From positions 38,754 through 102,753 of the forward strand of contig CALLFZ010000020.1 in NCBI GenBank assembly GCA_938010045.1: DNA of 64,000 nucleotides, in the 5' to 3' direction. Within the stretch, counting starts at the first letter, position 1; the number at the start of each line of letters is the position of its first letter. The position numbers and the translations under genes were made by a program. Source of the stretch: an uncultured bacterium (GTDB lineage Bacteria; Verrucomicrobiota; Kiritimatiellia; PWTM01). The notes under the pieces are model-generated. The model searched no databases. It saw only the letters and a program-made list of their open reading frames with translations, and was not told the origin of the DNA. This document shows, piece after piece, positions 28,781 to 37,552 of this stretch.

Positions 28781-29960
28781 CTCCTTGTCGCGCGGGGCAC
28801 ACGCAGAACGCGCCGCCGTCGCATCAAATCCATACTCTATCCCCGGACAGCGCGTCCGCACAAGCCGCACCCCGCCCCTCGCGCCGTTTGCGCTGTGGGG
28901 CATCCGCTGGCTCAAGAGGCGTCGGCGAAGCGAATATCGTTCCCGCCAACACCCCGGCGCCACTCACCCGCGCTTCTCGCCCTTCCTCGAAAAACACGAA
29001 TGCTTCGACCATCCGCCCCCCTGGGGACCGGCACTTGGAACGCCCCTCGAGACCGGCACCTCGCCGGCCCTACGGCGGCGCGGGGGACAGGTACCTCTGA
29101 CGGGCACCTCTGACGGCTGAGCCCGAAACAAGCACCTCGCGGGCGGCCGCTGGGAAGAGGCACCTTGCGGGCGGATCGGGACAGACTCATGTACGGTCGG
29201 CCGGGCCGCTCGGCGTCAGTCGCCTCGCGTCAGCTACATGCAGTCGTCTTAGGGACCGTCATAGGCGCCATAGGGACAGGCACCGTTCTGGGAGCGGAAC
29301 CGGGATGGGCACTGAGAGCTCACGGGGCACAGGGTGGGGACAGGCACAGCACCGGCCGCACGAGTTCCAACGACACTTCTAACGCCGAGAGTGGGGCTGT
29401 CGTGTGCCTGTCCGCAGTCCGCTGCGGCCGTCCGCGATTGGGGACAGGCACATGCGCCGACGACGCAAAAATCTCGCTGTCCCTATGCTCTGACTTCGTA
29501 TCGGGTGCCTGTCCCCATCGGGAGTCGCGATCGATGTCGAGCGCCGCCGCGCGGAAGCCCGCGAGTGGCGAGGCCGCCGTCTGCGGCGAGCAGGGCGGGC
29601 CCGACGGTTTCCCGCCGCTGTTCGATAGAGGACCGGCAGACGAGGCATACATGCACTTCTATCCGCTTCTACCGGCATGCAGACCCCTCGTCGCATCTCT
29701 TGACACAATCCACAACGCGATCCCACCTACCCCTCCGACCCGCGAGCCCTCTGCGCAGGATCGCATCTTGGAACGGCGAAGCGGGGCGCTCCAGCACCGC
29801 GCCCGATGAGGACGCGCGGGTTTCTTCCGCGGGTCGCGGCGCGCCGCCTTCGGCGGTGCGCAAACGCGGACGGTGCCGGCTAGCCGCTTGCAGGAAGCGG
29901 CGGGGCGTCGTAGTGTCTGGCTGCCACGCCGATCAGCCACCGGCGGGCGGGAGATTCGTC
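28781..29960. repeat. Non-coding repeat island A: mosaic of GGGGACAGGCAC / GTGCCTGTCCCC modules plus degenerate GCACCTC tandem repeats
   Basis: This is 1.2 kb with no credible ORF. The core 12-mer or close variants occur at 29023, 29083, 29271, 29336, 29404 (inverted), 29440 and 29505 (inverted). Long stretches align to island B. Confidence 0.65.
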
Positions 29961-30785
29961 ATGCGCCGGTTTCGTCCTTGGTGTCTCGCGGCGGGTGCCC
30001 TCTTCGCCACGGGATGTATCGAAAGCAAAATGGTCATCCATCTGACACCCGATGGTTCGGGCACGATCATCTCAGAAGACTTCTTCTCGCCGCAGGCGAC
30101 GACGATGATGACGCAGTTCGGTGCGGCCCTGGCCGGCACGGGCACCACCGCCGCCGCCAGCGACCCTCTCGCGATATTCAAAGACCAGATTGAGCGGAAA
30201 ACGAAGGAACTCGGGGGCAGGGCCCGACTCGTGAAACAGGAGCCCGCCACGAACGCCACCGGTTGGGCCGGGTTCCGGCTCACCTACGCCTTCGACGACA
30301 TTCGGCAGGTGTCACTGCCCGTGGGTGGATCCGATGCGGAACCGGAGGATGACGACTCAAAGAAACCCGAGACGTTCCGCGTCGAATTCGAGCGCGGACG
30401 CCCAGCCGTTCTGCGCCTTCTGCCACCCTCGACCGCCGCGAAGCCGGCCGAAGCGCCGCCGACGGCGGCGCCATCGCCAGATGCGAACAACGCACAAATG
30501 GCCGCCATGATGGCGCCCATGATGGCCGGCATGCGAATGGCCATGGAGATCCGCGTGGACGGAACGATCGTGAGCGCCGAAGGCGCCGACGTCAGCGCCG
30601 ATCGCCGCAGCGTCACGTTGCTCGACGTCGCGGTGGACAAGCTGCTCGGCAACGCACAGGCGATGCAATTGATGATGAATAAGGGGTTGTCCGACTCCGA
30701 AAAAAGCCGCCAATTGAAGCAACTCAACATTGCCGGCGTGACCATCACGGATCCGAACCGGCCCATCGTCATCAAGTTTGAGTGA
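29961..30785 (+). CDS. Hypothetical lipoprotein
   Basis: The ATG is preceded by GGGAGA. The signal peptide has a lipobox (LFATGC). The mature part is Ala/Met-rich and low-complexity. No known domain was recognised. Confidence 0.5.
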   Translation: MRRFRPWCLAAGALFATGCIESKMVIHLTPDGSGTIISEDFFSPQATTMMTQFGAALAGTGTTAAASDPLAIFKDQIERKTKELGGRARLVKQEPATNATGWAGFRLTYAFDDIRQVSLPVGGSDAEPEDDDSKKPETFRVEFERGRPAVLRLLPPSTAAKPAEAPPTAAPSPDANNAQMAAMMAPMMAGMRMAMEIRVDGTIVSAEGADVSADRRSVTLLDVAVDKLLGNAQAMQLMMNKGLSDSEKSRQLKQLNIAGVTITDPNRPIVIKFE

Positions 30786-31136
30786 CGGTCCTCGCCGCAC
30801 TCGCCGACCGCGGTGAGCGCGCCCGCTCGAAAGCGGTGCGAACCGAAGGCCGGCATCCCGATCGCGTGCCCCGCAGCGATCAGCGCTCAGCCCCCATATT
30901 GCTCCTTGCGATTCCGAAGCGGCGTCCGCGCCCGCCGCGTGACCGGCTGGGAGCACCGCCGCAGTCGCTCCGGCACGTCGCTGACGAAGAGCTCAGGCGG
31001 ATACGTTGTGTTCGGATGGCTCATGGGGGAATTCGGAGCCATGGGGGTGCTCCCTCCGTCACAAGTCTGCCGGAACCACAGCCGGCTCTGCCGCAGCGCC
31101 CAAAGCTCGCGGCCGCGCCAACGGCCGCCGGCGGTC

Positions 31137-32402
31137 TTAGGCTCGTAGGGGACCGACGGTGAGGCCGTCGACGATGTTGAGCTCATGCACCGCGAACCGG
31201 CCGGCATACGCCGGGTGGCACAACGGATACGCGCGCTCCACGGCGCGGCGCAGTCGCGGCACGGCGGCGGCGAGCACCAGCGCGCCGGCCGCCCCCTTGT
31301 CGCCGCCGCCGAGCATCCGCTCGCCCAGCACGCCGGGCACGGTGCGCGCAAGGTCGCACATGGTCTCGAGCTCGCGGCCGGAAATCTCGTAGTCGTCGCG
31401 CAGACCGTGTCCGTCGGCCCGCATCACCGCACCGACCGTGGCGAGATCCCCCGCCCGCCAGGCGCGGACCATGCGAGTGAAGCGGCGCTGCGCCTCGTAG
31501 ATGTACTTCAGGCGGCGGCAATGGGCGGGATGGCTCTCGCCGAACCGCGCGAGGATCGCCCGGTACAACTCGGGGCTCCGGACGTCGGCGAGACAACGAA
31601 TCCCGAACTCCGGTGCCGCGAGGGAAACCAGCTCCTCGCACTCGGCGCGCCGGATCCGATAGGTGGACGTTTCGAGGCCCGGCCGCTCGGTCCCCGTATC
31701 GAGGCTCACGAGCCGAAAGGCCGGCGCGCCCGCTCCGATCGGAATGTGCCGCACCGACCGGCGTGCCGGCGAATAGTACGTGCCCATGCCGGCCTTGGCG
31801 AAGAGGATCATGATCTGGTCCAGATTGCCACACGGGGAACCGATGTAGTCGTTCTCCACCGCCTGCGCCATGTCCACGATGCGCATCGGATCCGGCGGCG
31901 GGACGCCGTTCACTTCGAGCACCGTCAGCAACAGATTCAATGTGAGCGACGCCGACCGCGACATGCCGCCGCCGGGGATGTTCCCGAGCAATACGCCGTC
32001 GAATCCGCGCGCGACGGGAATCCCCTCCCGGCGCAGCACCCACGCGACGCCGTACGGGAAGCGCGCCCAGGCATCCCGCACGGTCTTCGGCGGAGGCACT
32101 TCGGCGCCACGGATCTCGATGATTCCATCCCGCGGAAAGTTGCCGCTGAACAGGCGGATTCGAGCGGTGCCGTTCGGCCGATACGCGAGCCAGATGAACC
32201 GGTCGGTTCCCACGCCGAATAGATCCGTCCCGTTGTAATCGCCATGCTCGACGCCGAGGCAGAATCGCGACGACGATCGCCGCACGCGCCCGTTCTCGAT
32301 CCGCAGACCCACACGGCGTGCGAACACCTGGAGCGCCGCCGAGGCTTGCCGGTCCGTTCGAACGTCCCCCACACGCATGGTCGCCTCACCAAAACGCGAC
32401 AT
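31137..32402 (-). CDS. GHMP-family sugar kinase, galactokinase-like
   Basis: LGVEHGDYNGTD resembles the GalK N-terminal signature, and GNIPGGGMSRSASL is the GHMP ATP-binding motif. Confidence 0.6.
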   Translation of the reverse strand: MSRFGEATMRVGDVRTDRQASAALQVFARRVGLRIENGRVRRSSSRFCLGVEHGDYNGTDLFGVGTDRFIWLAYRPNGTARIRLFSGNFPRDGIIEIRGAEVPPPKTVRDAWARFPYGVAWVLRREGIPVARGFDGVLLGNIPGGGMSRSASLTLNLLLTVLEVNGVPPPDPMRIVDMAQAVENDYIGSPCGNLDQIMILFAKAGMGTYYSPARRSVRHIPIGAGAPAFRLVSLDTGTERPGLETSTYRIRRAECEELVSLAAPEFGIRCLADVRSPELYRAILARFGESHPAHCRRLKYIYEAQRRFTRMVRAWRAGDLATVGAVMRADGHGLRDDYEISGRELETMCDLARTVPGVLGERMLGGGDKGAAGALVLAAAVPRLRRAVERAYPLCHPAYAGRFAVHELNIVDGLTVGPLRA

Positions 32403-34203
32403 AGAGCGCCAGCGTCACGACCACGACGAGGCCGCCGAAGGCCATCGCGCCACGCGAGGAGGTCACGTCCACACGCCCACTGGCCTTGAACTCCACCGGC
32501 TGCGGCAACGGGCGGGCCCAGCCGATCGCCTGCATCACGGTCATCACCGCGAAGAAGCAGATGGCCATCCGGTCGAGGAACGCGATGCCCGGCCACCGCC
32601 AGGCGATGAGACCATAGAGCAGCGGATTGAGCAGCAGGCCGACCACGCCCGCAACGCCCGGCGCCCGCCGATTGAGCAGCCCGAAGACAAACACCGCGAG
32701 AATGCCAGGCGACACGTAGCCCTGAAACTCCTGGATGTACTTGAAAATGCCGCCGAACCGGGGGTCGTCGAGCAGCGGCGAGATGATGCCGCCGATCACA
32801 ACAAACACCCCGACGCAGATCCGGCCCACCAGCACGAGCAGTCGCTGCGACGCATCGCGCTTCAGGTACTTCGCGAAGACGTCCATCGTGAAGATCGTCG
32901 AAGCGGCGTTGAGCACCGCCGCCAGCGAGCTTACGATCGCGCCCAGCATCGCGGCCAGCACAAAGCCCATGATGCCGCGGTTGCGGGGCACCAGCCGGCC
33001 GATCAGCAACGCGAGCGCCGAGTCGTGCTTGTGCGGCTGCGGTCGCCGCACCGTCGGCGCGCGCCCCGCCGCCGCCGCCCGTGCGCGCGCGGCCGCGTTG
33101 TGCGTCGCGATGCGGTCGGCCAGCGCCGCCAGCTTTGGACGCGCGGCGGCGTCTTCGGGAAGCTCGAACACATCGGTCGAGGCGGCCGAAGCGCTCGCGC
33201 TTTCGAAGAGCCGCACGAAGTCATCCTCCGCCCGCGCGGCCATCTCGCCACTGAAGAGGTTGAAGGCGGCCATGCCCGGAAACACGATGATGAACGGGAT
33301 TAGCAACTTCAGCGCGGCCGCGAAGACAATGCCCTTCTGGCCCTCCCGCAACGACGCCGAACCGAGCACGCGCTGCGTGATGTACTGGTTCAGCCCCCAA
33401 TAGTAGAAGTTCGGAATCCAGAGCCCGACGACGAGCGCAGTCCATGGGATGTTGAGGTCGGTGCGCGGCAGCACCATGTGAAGCTTGGGGCGGTTGATCG
33501 CGAGGAGCCGCGCCCACCCGCCGTCGGGGAGCGACGCCACCGCCGCGCCAGTCCCGTCCACGAGCTCCGCGGGCGCCGCGGCGCCGAGCCGTCGCAGCAC
33601 GAAGAACAGGATCGCGGCGCCGCCCAGCACCAGCGCGCTGCCCTGGATCAGGTCCGCCCAGGCGCAGGCCTTCAACCCTCCGAACGCCACGTACGCGGCC
33701 GCCATGAGCCCCATGAGCCAGCACGCGGCGGTCAGCGAGATCGCATAGCCGTTGTCCCGCAGCAGATCCCGCATCGTCAGCGCCCCCGCATAGATCACGC
33801 CGGACAGGCTGACGCCGATCAGGATCACCATCATGAAGACCGCCATCACGAGCCGCGCCCAGTGGTTGTATCGGTGCTCGAGAAACTCGGGAATGGTGTA
33901 GATGCCGGCGCGCAGAAAATACGGTAGGAACGCGAACGCAACGACCACCAGCGTCACCGCCGCCATCCACTCGTAGCTCGCGATCGCGATGCCGAGGTAG
34001 TTCGCGGCGCTGCCCGACATGCCGACGAACTGCTCCGCAGAGATGTTGGCGGCAATCAGCGAGATCCCGATCAGCCACCACGTCAGTCCTCGTCCCGCCA
34101 AAAAGTATGACTCGCTGTCCTCCTCGTGCCGGGATTTCAGCATGCCGACGGAAAGCACCACCGCGATGAACCCGATGAACACAACAAAATCTAGCGCACC
34201 CAT
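32386..34203 (-). CDS. Sodium:solute symporter family (SSF/SLC5) transporter
   Basis: The 605-aa product has 13-14 predicted TM segments, and YFLAGRGLTWWLIGISLIAANISAEQFVG is SSF-typical. Confidence 0.85.
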   Translation of the reverse strand: MGALDFVVFIGFIAVVLSVGMLKSRHEEDSESYFLAGRGLTWWLIGISLIAANISAEQFVGMSGSAANYLGIAIASYEWMAAVTLVVVAFAFLPYFLRAGIYTIPEFLEHRYNHWARLVMAVFMMVILIGVSLSGVIYAGALTMRDLLRDNGYAISLTAACWLMGLMAAAYVAFGGLKACAWADLIQGSALVLGGAAILFFVLRRLGAAAPAELVDGTGAAVASLPDGGWARLLAINRPKLHMVLPRTDLNIPWTALVVGLWIPNFYYWGLNQYITQRVLGSASLREGQKGIVFAAALKLLIPFIIVFPGMAAFNLFSGEMAARAEDDFVRLFESASASAASTDVFELPEDAAARPKLAALADRIATHNAAARARAAAAGRAPTVRRPQPHKHDSALALLIGRLVPRNRGIMGFVLAAMLGAIVSSLAAVLNAASTIFTMDVFAKYLKRDASQRLLVLVGRICVGVFVVIGGIISPLLDDPRFGGIFKYIQEFQGYVSPGILAVFVFGLLNRRAPGVAGVVGLLLNPLLYGLIAWRWPGIAFLDRMAICFFAVMTVMQAIGWARPLPQPVEFKASGRVDVTSSRGAMAFGGLVVVVTLALYVAFW

Positions 34204-34337
34204 CGTGTCACCTCCCGCGACGCCGCGGCACGGTCATCGTTGCGCGCACTATATCGATCAGCGTGCCAAGGCGGCAAGCGGACATCCTCGAGCTCATGCC
34301 GCGCGTCCCTCGCCGACGGGCACCCGACCGACTCCGC

Positions 34338-35252
34338 TCATTCGGGCGCGCCGCCCTGCGCCCGGGCACGGTACTCGGAGGGGGATAGGCCTGTTTTCGC
34401 GCGAAAGACCCGCGAGAAATAGTGGACGCCGCTCATGCCGATACGCGCCGCCACCTCGGAAATGGGCAGCGAGGTGGCGCGCAGCAGCTCCTGAGCGCGG
34501 TTGATCCGAATCTGCAAATGGTACTGTGCGGGCGAGAATCCCGTGTCGGCCCGAAACTTGCGGCGAAACCACGAGTAGCTCACGTGAAGCTCGCGGGCGA
34601 GTTGCCGCATGTCGAGATCACGGTCCATGCACTCCACCATGCGCGCGCGCGCCTTCAGCACCGCTTCGCCGATTTCGTTGCCCGACAGCTCCCGTCGCCG
34701 CTCCTCCACATCGGCCCGGGCGAGCGCCTCGTGGATCCAGGCGGCGATCAACGTGCGGCTGCCGTATCTCTCCTCCCGCAGCTCGTCGAGAATCTTCTCG
34801 TAGACGTCCACGAGCGCGCGGCCCACGCCCGGTTCGCGAATCGGCCGCGCCGCCGAAAATCCATACCGCGCCACGATCGCAGCCGCCTGCACGCCAGAAA
34901 ACGCCAGCCAATATTCGTCCCACCCCGTCGCCCGCGCCGGCGTGTAGCGGTGCCACACGCCGGGGAACAACGCCCAGATGTGACCCGCATCGACGCGGCG
35001 GCGCCCTGTCTCGCGCGACTCGAACCACCCCCCTCCCCGAGTGAGATACACCAGTTGATACTCGTCCAGCACCCGTCCGCGCCGCCACGTGAAGTGGTGG
35101 TCGCTCGGATGCTGTGTCGGCGGATACGGATGGCCCGCCGGCACACTGGCAAAACCACACCCGATCACATACACCGGCCAGCGCCGCATGTCGGCGCTGA
35201 TGGGCAGGTACCGATGCCAAAACCGAGCCGCAGGCACCGTCATCGGAATCAC
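34338..35252 (-). CDS. AraC family transcriptional regulator
   Basis: The C-terminus carries two HTH_AraC repeats (LARELHVSYSWFRRKFRADTGFSPAQY...IGMSGVHYFSRVFRAKTG). Confidence 0.8.
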   Translation of the reverse strand: MIPMTVPAARFWHRYLPISADMRRWPVYVIGCGFASVPAGHPYPPTQHPSDHHFTWRRGRVLDEYQLVYLTRGGGWFESRETGRRRVDAGHIWALFPGVWHRYTPARATGWDEYWLAFSGVQAAAIVARYGFSAARPIREPGVGRALVDVYEKILDELREERYGSRTLIAAWIHEALARADVEERRRELSGNEIGEAVLKARARMVECMDRDLDMRQLARELHVSYSWFRRKFRADTGFSPAQYHLQIRINRAQELLRATSLPISEVAARIGMSGVHYFSRVFRAKTGLSPSEYRARAQGGAPE

Positions 35253-35279
35253 TATGCGCCAAACTGATCTTCATGTCCA

Positions 35280-36419
35280 TTGCGGCACAGCCCGCGCCGC
35301 GCCATACTGAACAACGAAGGATGGCTCGCCATGAACGAAGTGTCGATGCCCAGCGCAGGGCTGAATGCGATCGTTGAGCTGTCGCACGAGTTCGGCACAC
35401 CCGACTACGTCCGCGGCGGCGGCGGCAACACCTCGGTGAAAACCGCCGACACGATCTGGGTGAAGCCCTCCGGCACCACGCTCGCCGGTCTCACCGCCGA
35501 CCGCCTCGTCCCGATGGACCGCGCCCGGCTTCAACGACTGTACGAGCTGACGCCCCCCGCGGAGGCCGCCGCCCGCGAAGCGTTGGTGCGCGACGAAATG
35601 GCGTCCGCCGTCCGCCCCGGCACCACCGGCCGCCCCTCCGTCGAAGCGCCCCTGCACGACACCTTCACGCGACGCTTCGTCGTCCACACCCACCCGGCCC
35701 TGCTCAACGGCCTGACCTGCGCCCGAGACGGTGAAGCCGCGGCGCGCGAGCTGTTCCCGGAGGCGATGTGGGTGCCCTACGTGGATCCCGGCTACACGCT
35801 GTGCATGGAGATTCGCCGCCGGCTGAGCGCGGTCCGCGGCACGCCGCAGGAACCGAGCCTCGTGCTGCTGCAAAACCACGGCGTCTTCGTCGCCGCCGAC
35901 ACACCCGACGAGATCCGGGGGCTGTACCGGCATCTCATGGACACGCTGCGCATGGCCTACGAACATCGCGGTGTACGGCCGGTCTGGATCCCGCCGCCGC
36001 CGATCGCGCCCTCCGAAGCCGATGCGCTCCGCGCCGCCCTCCGCGACGCGTTGGGCCCCGACGGCGACGCCTCAGTGATCGCTGGCCGCTTCGAGGTCGC
36101 GGCCGGCCCGATCTCGCCCGACCATATCGTCTACGCGCGTTCCTTCCCGATGACCGGTCCCGTCACCGCCGCCAACGCCGCGGTCTACCGTGCGCAACAC
36201 GGGTTCCCGCCCCGAGTCGTCGTGACACCCACCGCCGTGGCGGGCATCGGTCCCAAGCCCCGAGTCGCAGAGCTCGCCATGGAACTGGCGCAGGATGGGG
36301 CATTTGTCGTGCGACTGACGGCCGCCTTTGGCGGCCCGCGCTACCTGGATGACGCCGCCCGCCGTTTCATCGAGCAGTGGGAGGTCGAGTCTTACCGCCA
36401 GAGTGTCGCCGCACAGTAA
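35280..36419 (+). CDS. Class II aldolase/adducin domain protein (rhamnulose-1-P aldolase N-domain-like)
   Basis: The GGGNTSVK motif and general similarity to YuxG/RhaEW N-terminal aldolase domains support the call. The real start is probably M17 (35328). Confidence 0.5.
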   Translation: MRHSPRRAILNNEGWLAMNEVSMPSAGLNAIVELSHEFGTPDYVRGGGGNTSVKTADTIWVKPSGTTLAGLTADRLVPMDRARLQRLYELTPPAEAAAREALVRDEMASAVRPGTTGRPSVEAPLHDTFTRRFVVHTHPALLNGLTCARDGEAAARELFPEAMWVPYVDPGYTLCMEIRRRLSAVRGTPQEPSLVLLQNHGVFVAADTPDEIRGLYRHLMDTLRMAYEHRGVRPVWIPPPPIAPSEADALRAALRDALGPDGDASVIAGRFEVAAGPISPDHIVYARSFPMTGPVTAANAAVYRAQHGFPPRVVVTPTAVAGIGPKPRVAELAMELAQDGAFVVRLTAAFGGPRYLDDAARRFIEQWEVESYRQSVAAQ

Positions 36420-37414
36420 CGCGGCGGGCCGGCGAGGCCGAGCGACTCTCCTCCCAGCGTTGGACGCTCAACCGCCGGCGCCGTCCATGGCTTGGACCGA
36501 ATCCCCGTGACCTCGTCCAATGCGGGGACCCCTCCCCCTGGGCGAGAGGTCGCGCGCCCGACCTGCGAGGCGCCCGCGGTCCAGCCCCACGCGCGGCGAC
36601 GAAGTTCGCGCGGCGGCATCGCGAACAGCCGCCGTACACACCGCGAAAAATGGAAGGGGTTCGCAAACCCACACCGCTCGGCGACCTCCGCCACCGAAAG
36701 GCCCGTCTCGGCGAGCATCGCGGCGCCGCGTTCGATCCGCAGCCGCCAGAGGTATCGGGCCGGCGTGAGGCCGGTCGCGCTCCGAAACTTGTAGATCAGC
36801 GCATTGGCCGAGCAGCACGCCGCCCGCCGCGCACCATCGAGGCAGTCGGTTTCGGCCAGGTGCGTTTCCATATGGTGGATCGCTCGAATGACACATGGAT
36901 CCACCTCCGGCGCCGCGGTCGCATCGCGCCCCAGCCGCGCATACTCCGCGAGCACCGCGCGGCCGAGCGCCTCCACTGCCCAGCGTGCCGCCTCGTGGCG
37001 GGGCGGCGGCATCGCGAACGCGGCCGCAAACATCCGCTCCAGCGTCGCCGACATCGCCACGGCCCGCCGCGTATCTTCTTCCAGCGCGCGACGCAGCCTT
37101 GTCGGCACCACTGAGGGCGCGACAGCACACCATGAGTGATGGGTCGGGGTCGTGACCGAGAACCGGAACCACTCTCGATGGCCAGGCGTGAAGAGATGCA
37201 CCGCGCCCGGCGCGAGCTGTCGCACCGCCCCGTCCACCCGCACCTCGCACGAGCCGCTATGCAGAACCACGAGCTGATAGTCGCGCTGGACCCTCGGGCC
37301 GCAGTAGCCCCCCGGCAGATACCGCACCTGGCCAAACGACACCGTCCGTGTCCGCACGCCGCGGCGATCCCATGCCACACCCAGGCCGTCGTCGTTGGGG
37401 CGCAGTCGTTCCAT
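36392..37414 (-). CDS. AraC family transcriptional regulator (cupin-type ligand domain + HTH)
   Basis: LSVAEVAERCGFANPFHFSRCVRRLFAMPPREL is an AraC-type HTH. Confidence 0.8.
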   Translation of the reverse strand: MERLRPNDDGLGVAWDRRGVRTRTVSFGQVRYLPGGYCGPRVQRDYQLVVLHSGSCEVRVDGAVRQLAPGAVHLFTPGHREWFRFSVTTPTHHSWCAVAPSVVPTRLRRALEEDTRRAVAMSATLERMFAAAFAMPPPRHEAARWAVEALGRAVLAEYARLGRDATAAPEVDPCVIRAIHHMETHLAETDCLDGARRAACCSANALIYKFRSATGLTPARYLWRLRIERGAAMLAETGLSVAEVAERCGFANPFHFSRCVRRLFAMPPRELRRRAWGWTAGASQVGRATSRPGGGVPALDEVTGIRSKPWTAPAVERPTLGGESLGLAGPPRYCAATLWR

Positions 37415-37552
37415 CTACGCCACGCATCCTGCGCGAACGGGGCGCCGGCCGCAAGCTCGGCGTGTGGCTCCGGATATGTTTTTTGTGCGCGCGGTCATGG
37501 ACCGGCCAACGGCTAGCCCGGAGAATCGCCAGCGCAGGAGATCGGGAACGTC

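Noticed and set aside
29021-29520. Possible CRISPR array, given the many short repeats
   Set aside because: Repeat spacing is irregular at 12-36 nt, the repeats are degenerate, there are no unique spacers of uniform length, and no cas genes are present in the window.
29165-29809. 214-aa ORF (and 29334..30785 N-terminal extension) spanning island A. Also 61-aa ORF 51204..51389 in island B.
   Set aside because: These are translations of the repeat units, with GGGACAGGCAC giving recurring GTGT. There is no RBS or start context. The composition is low-complexity. The lipoprotein has a much better start at 29961 with GGGAGA upstream. These are kept only as a caveat in the hairpin-module finding.
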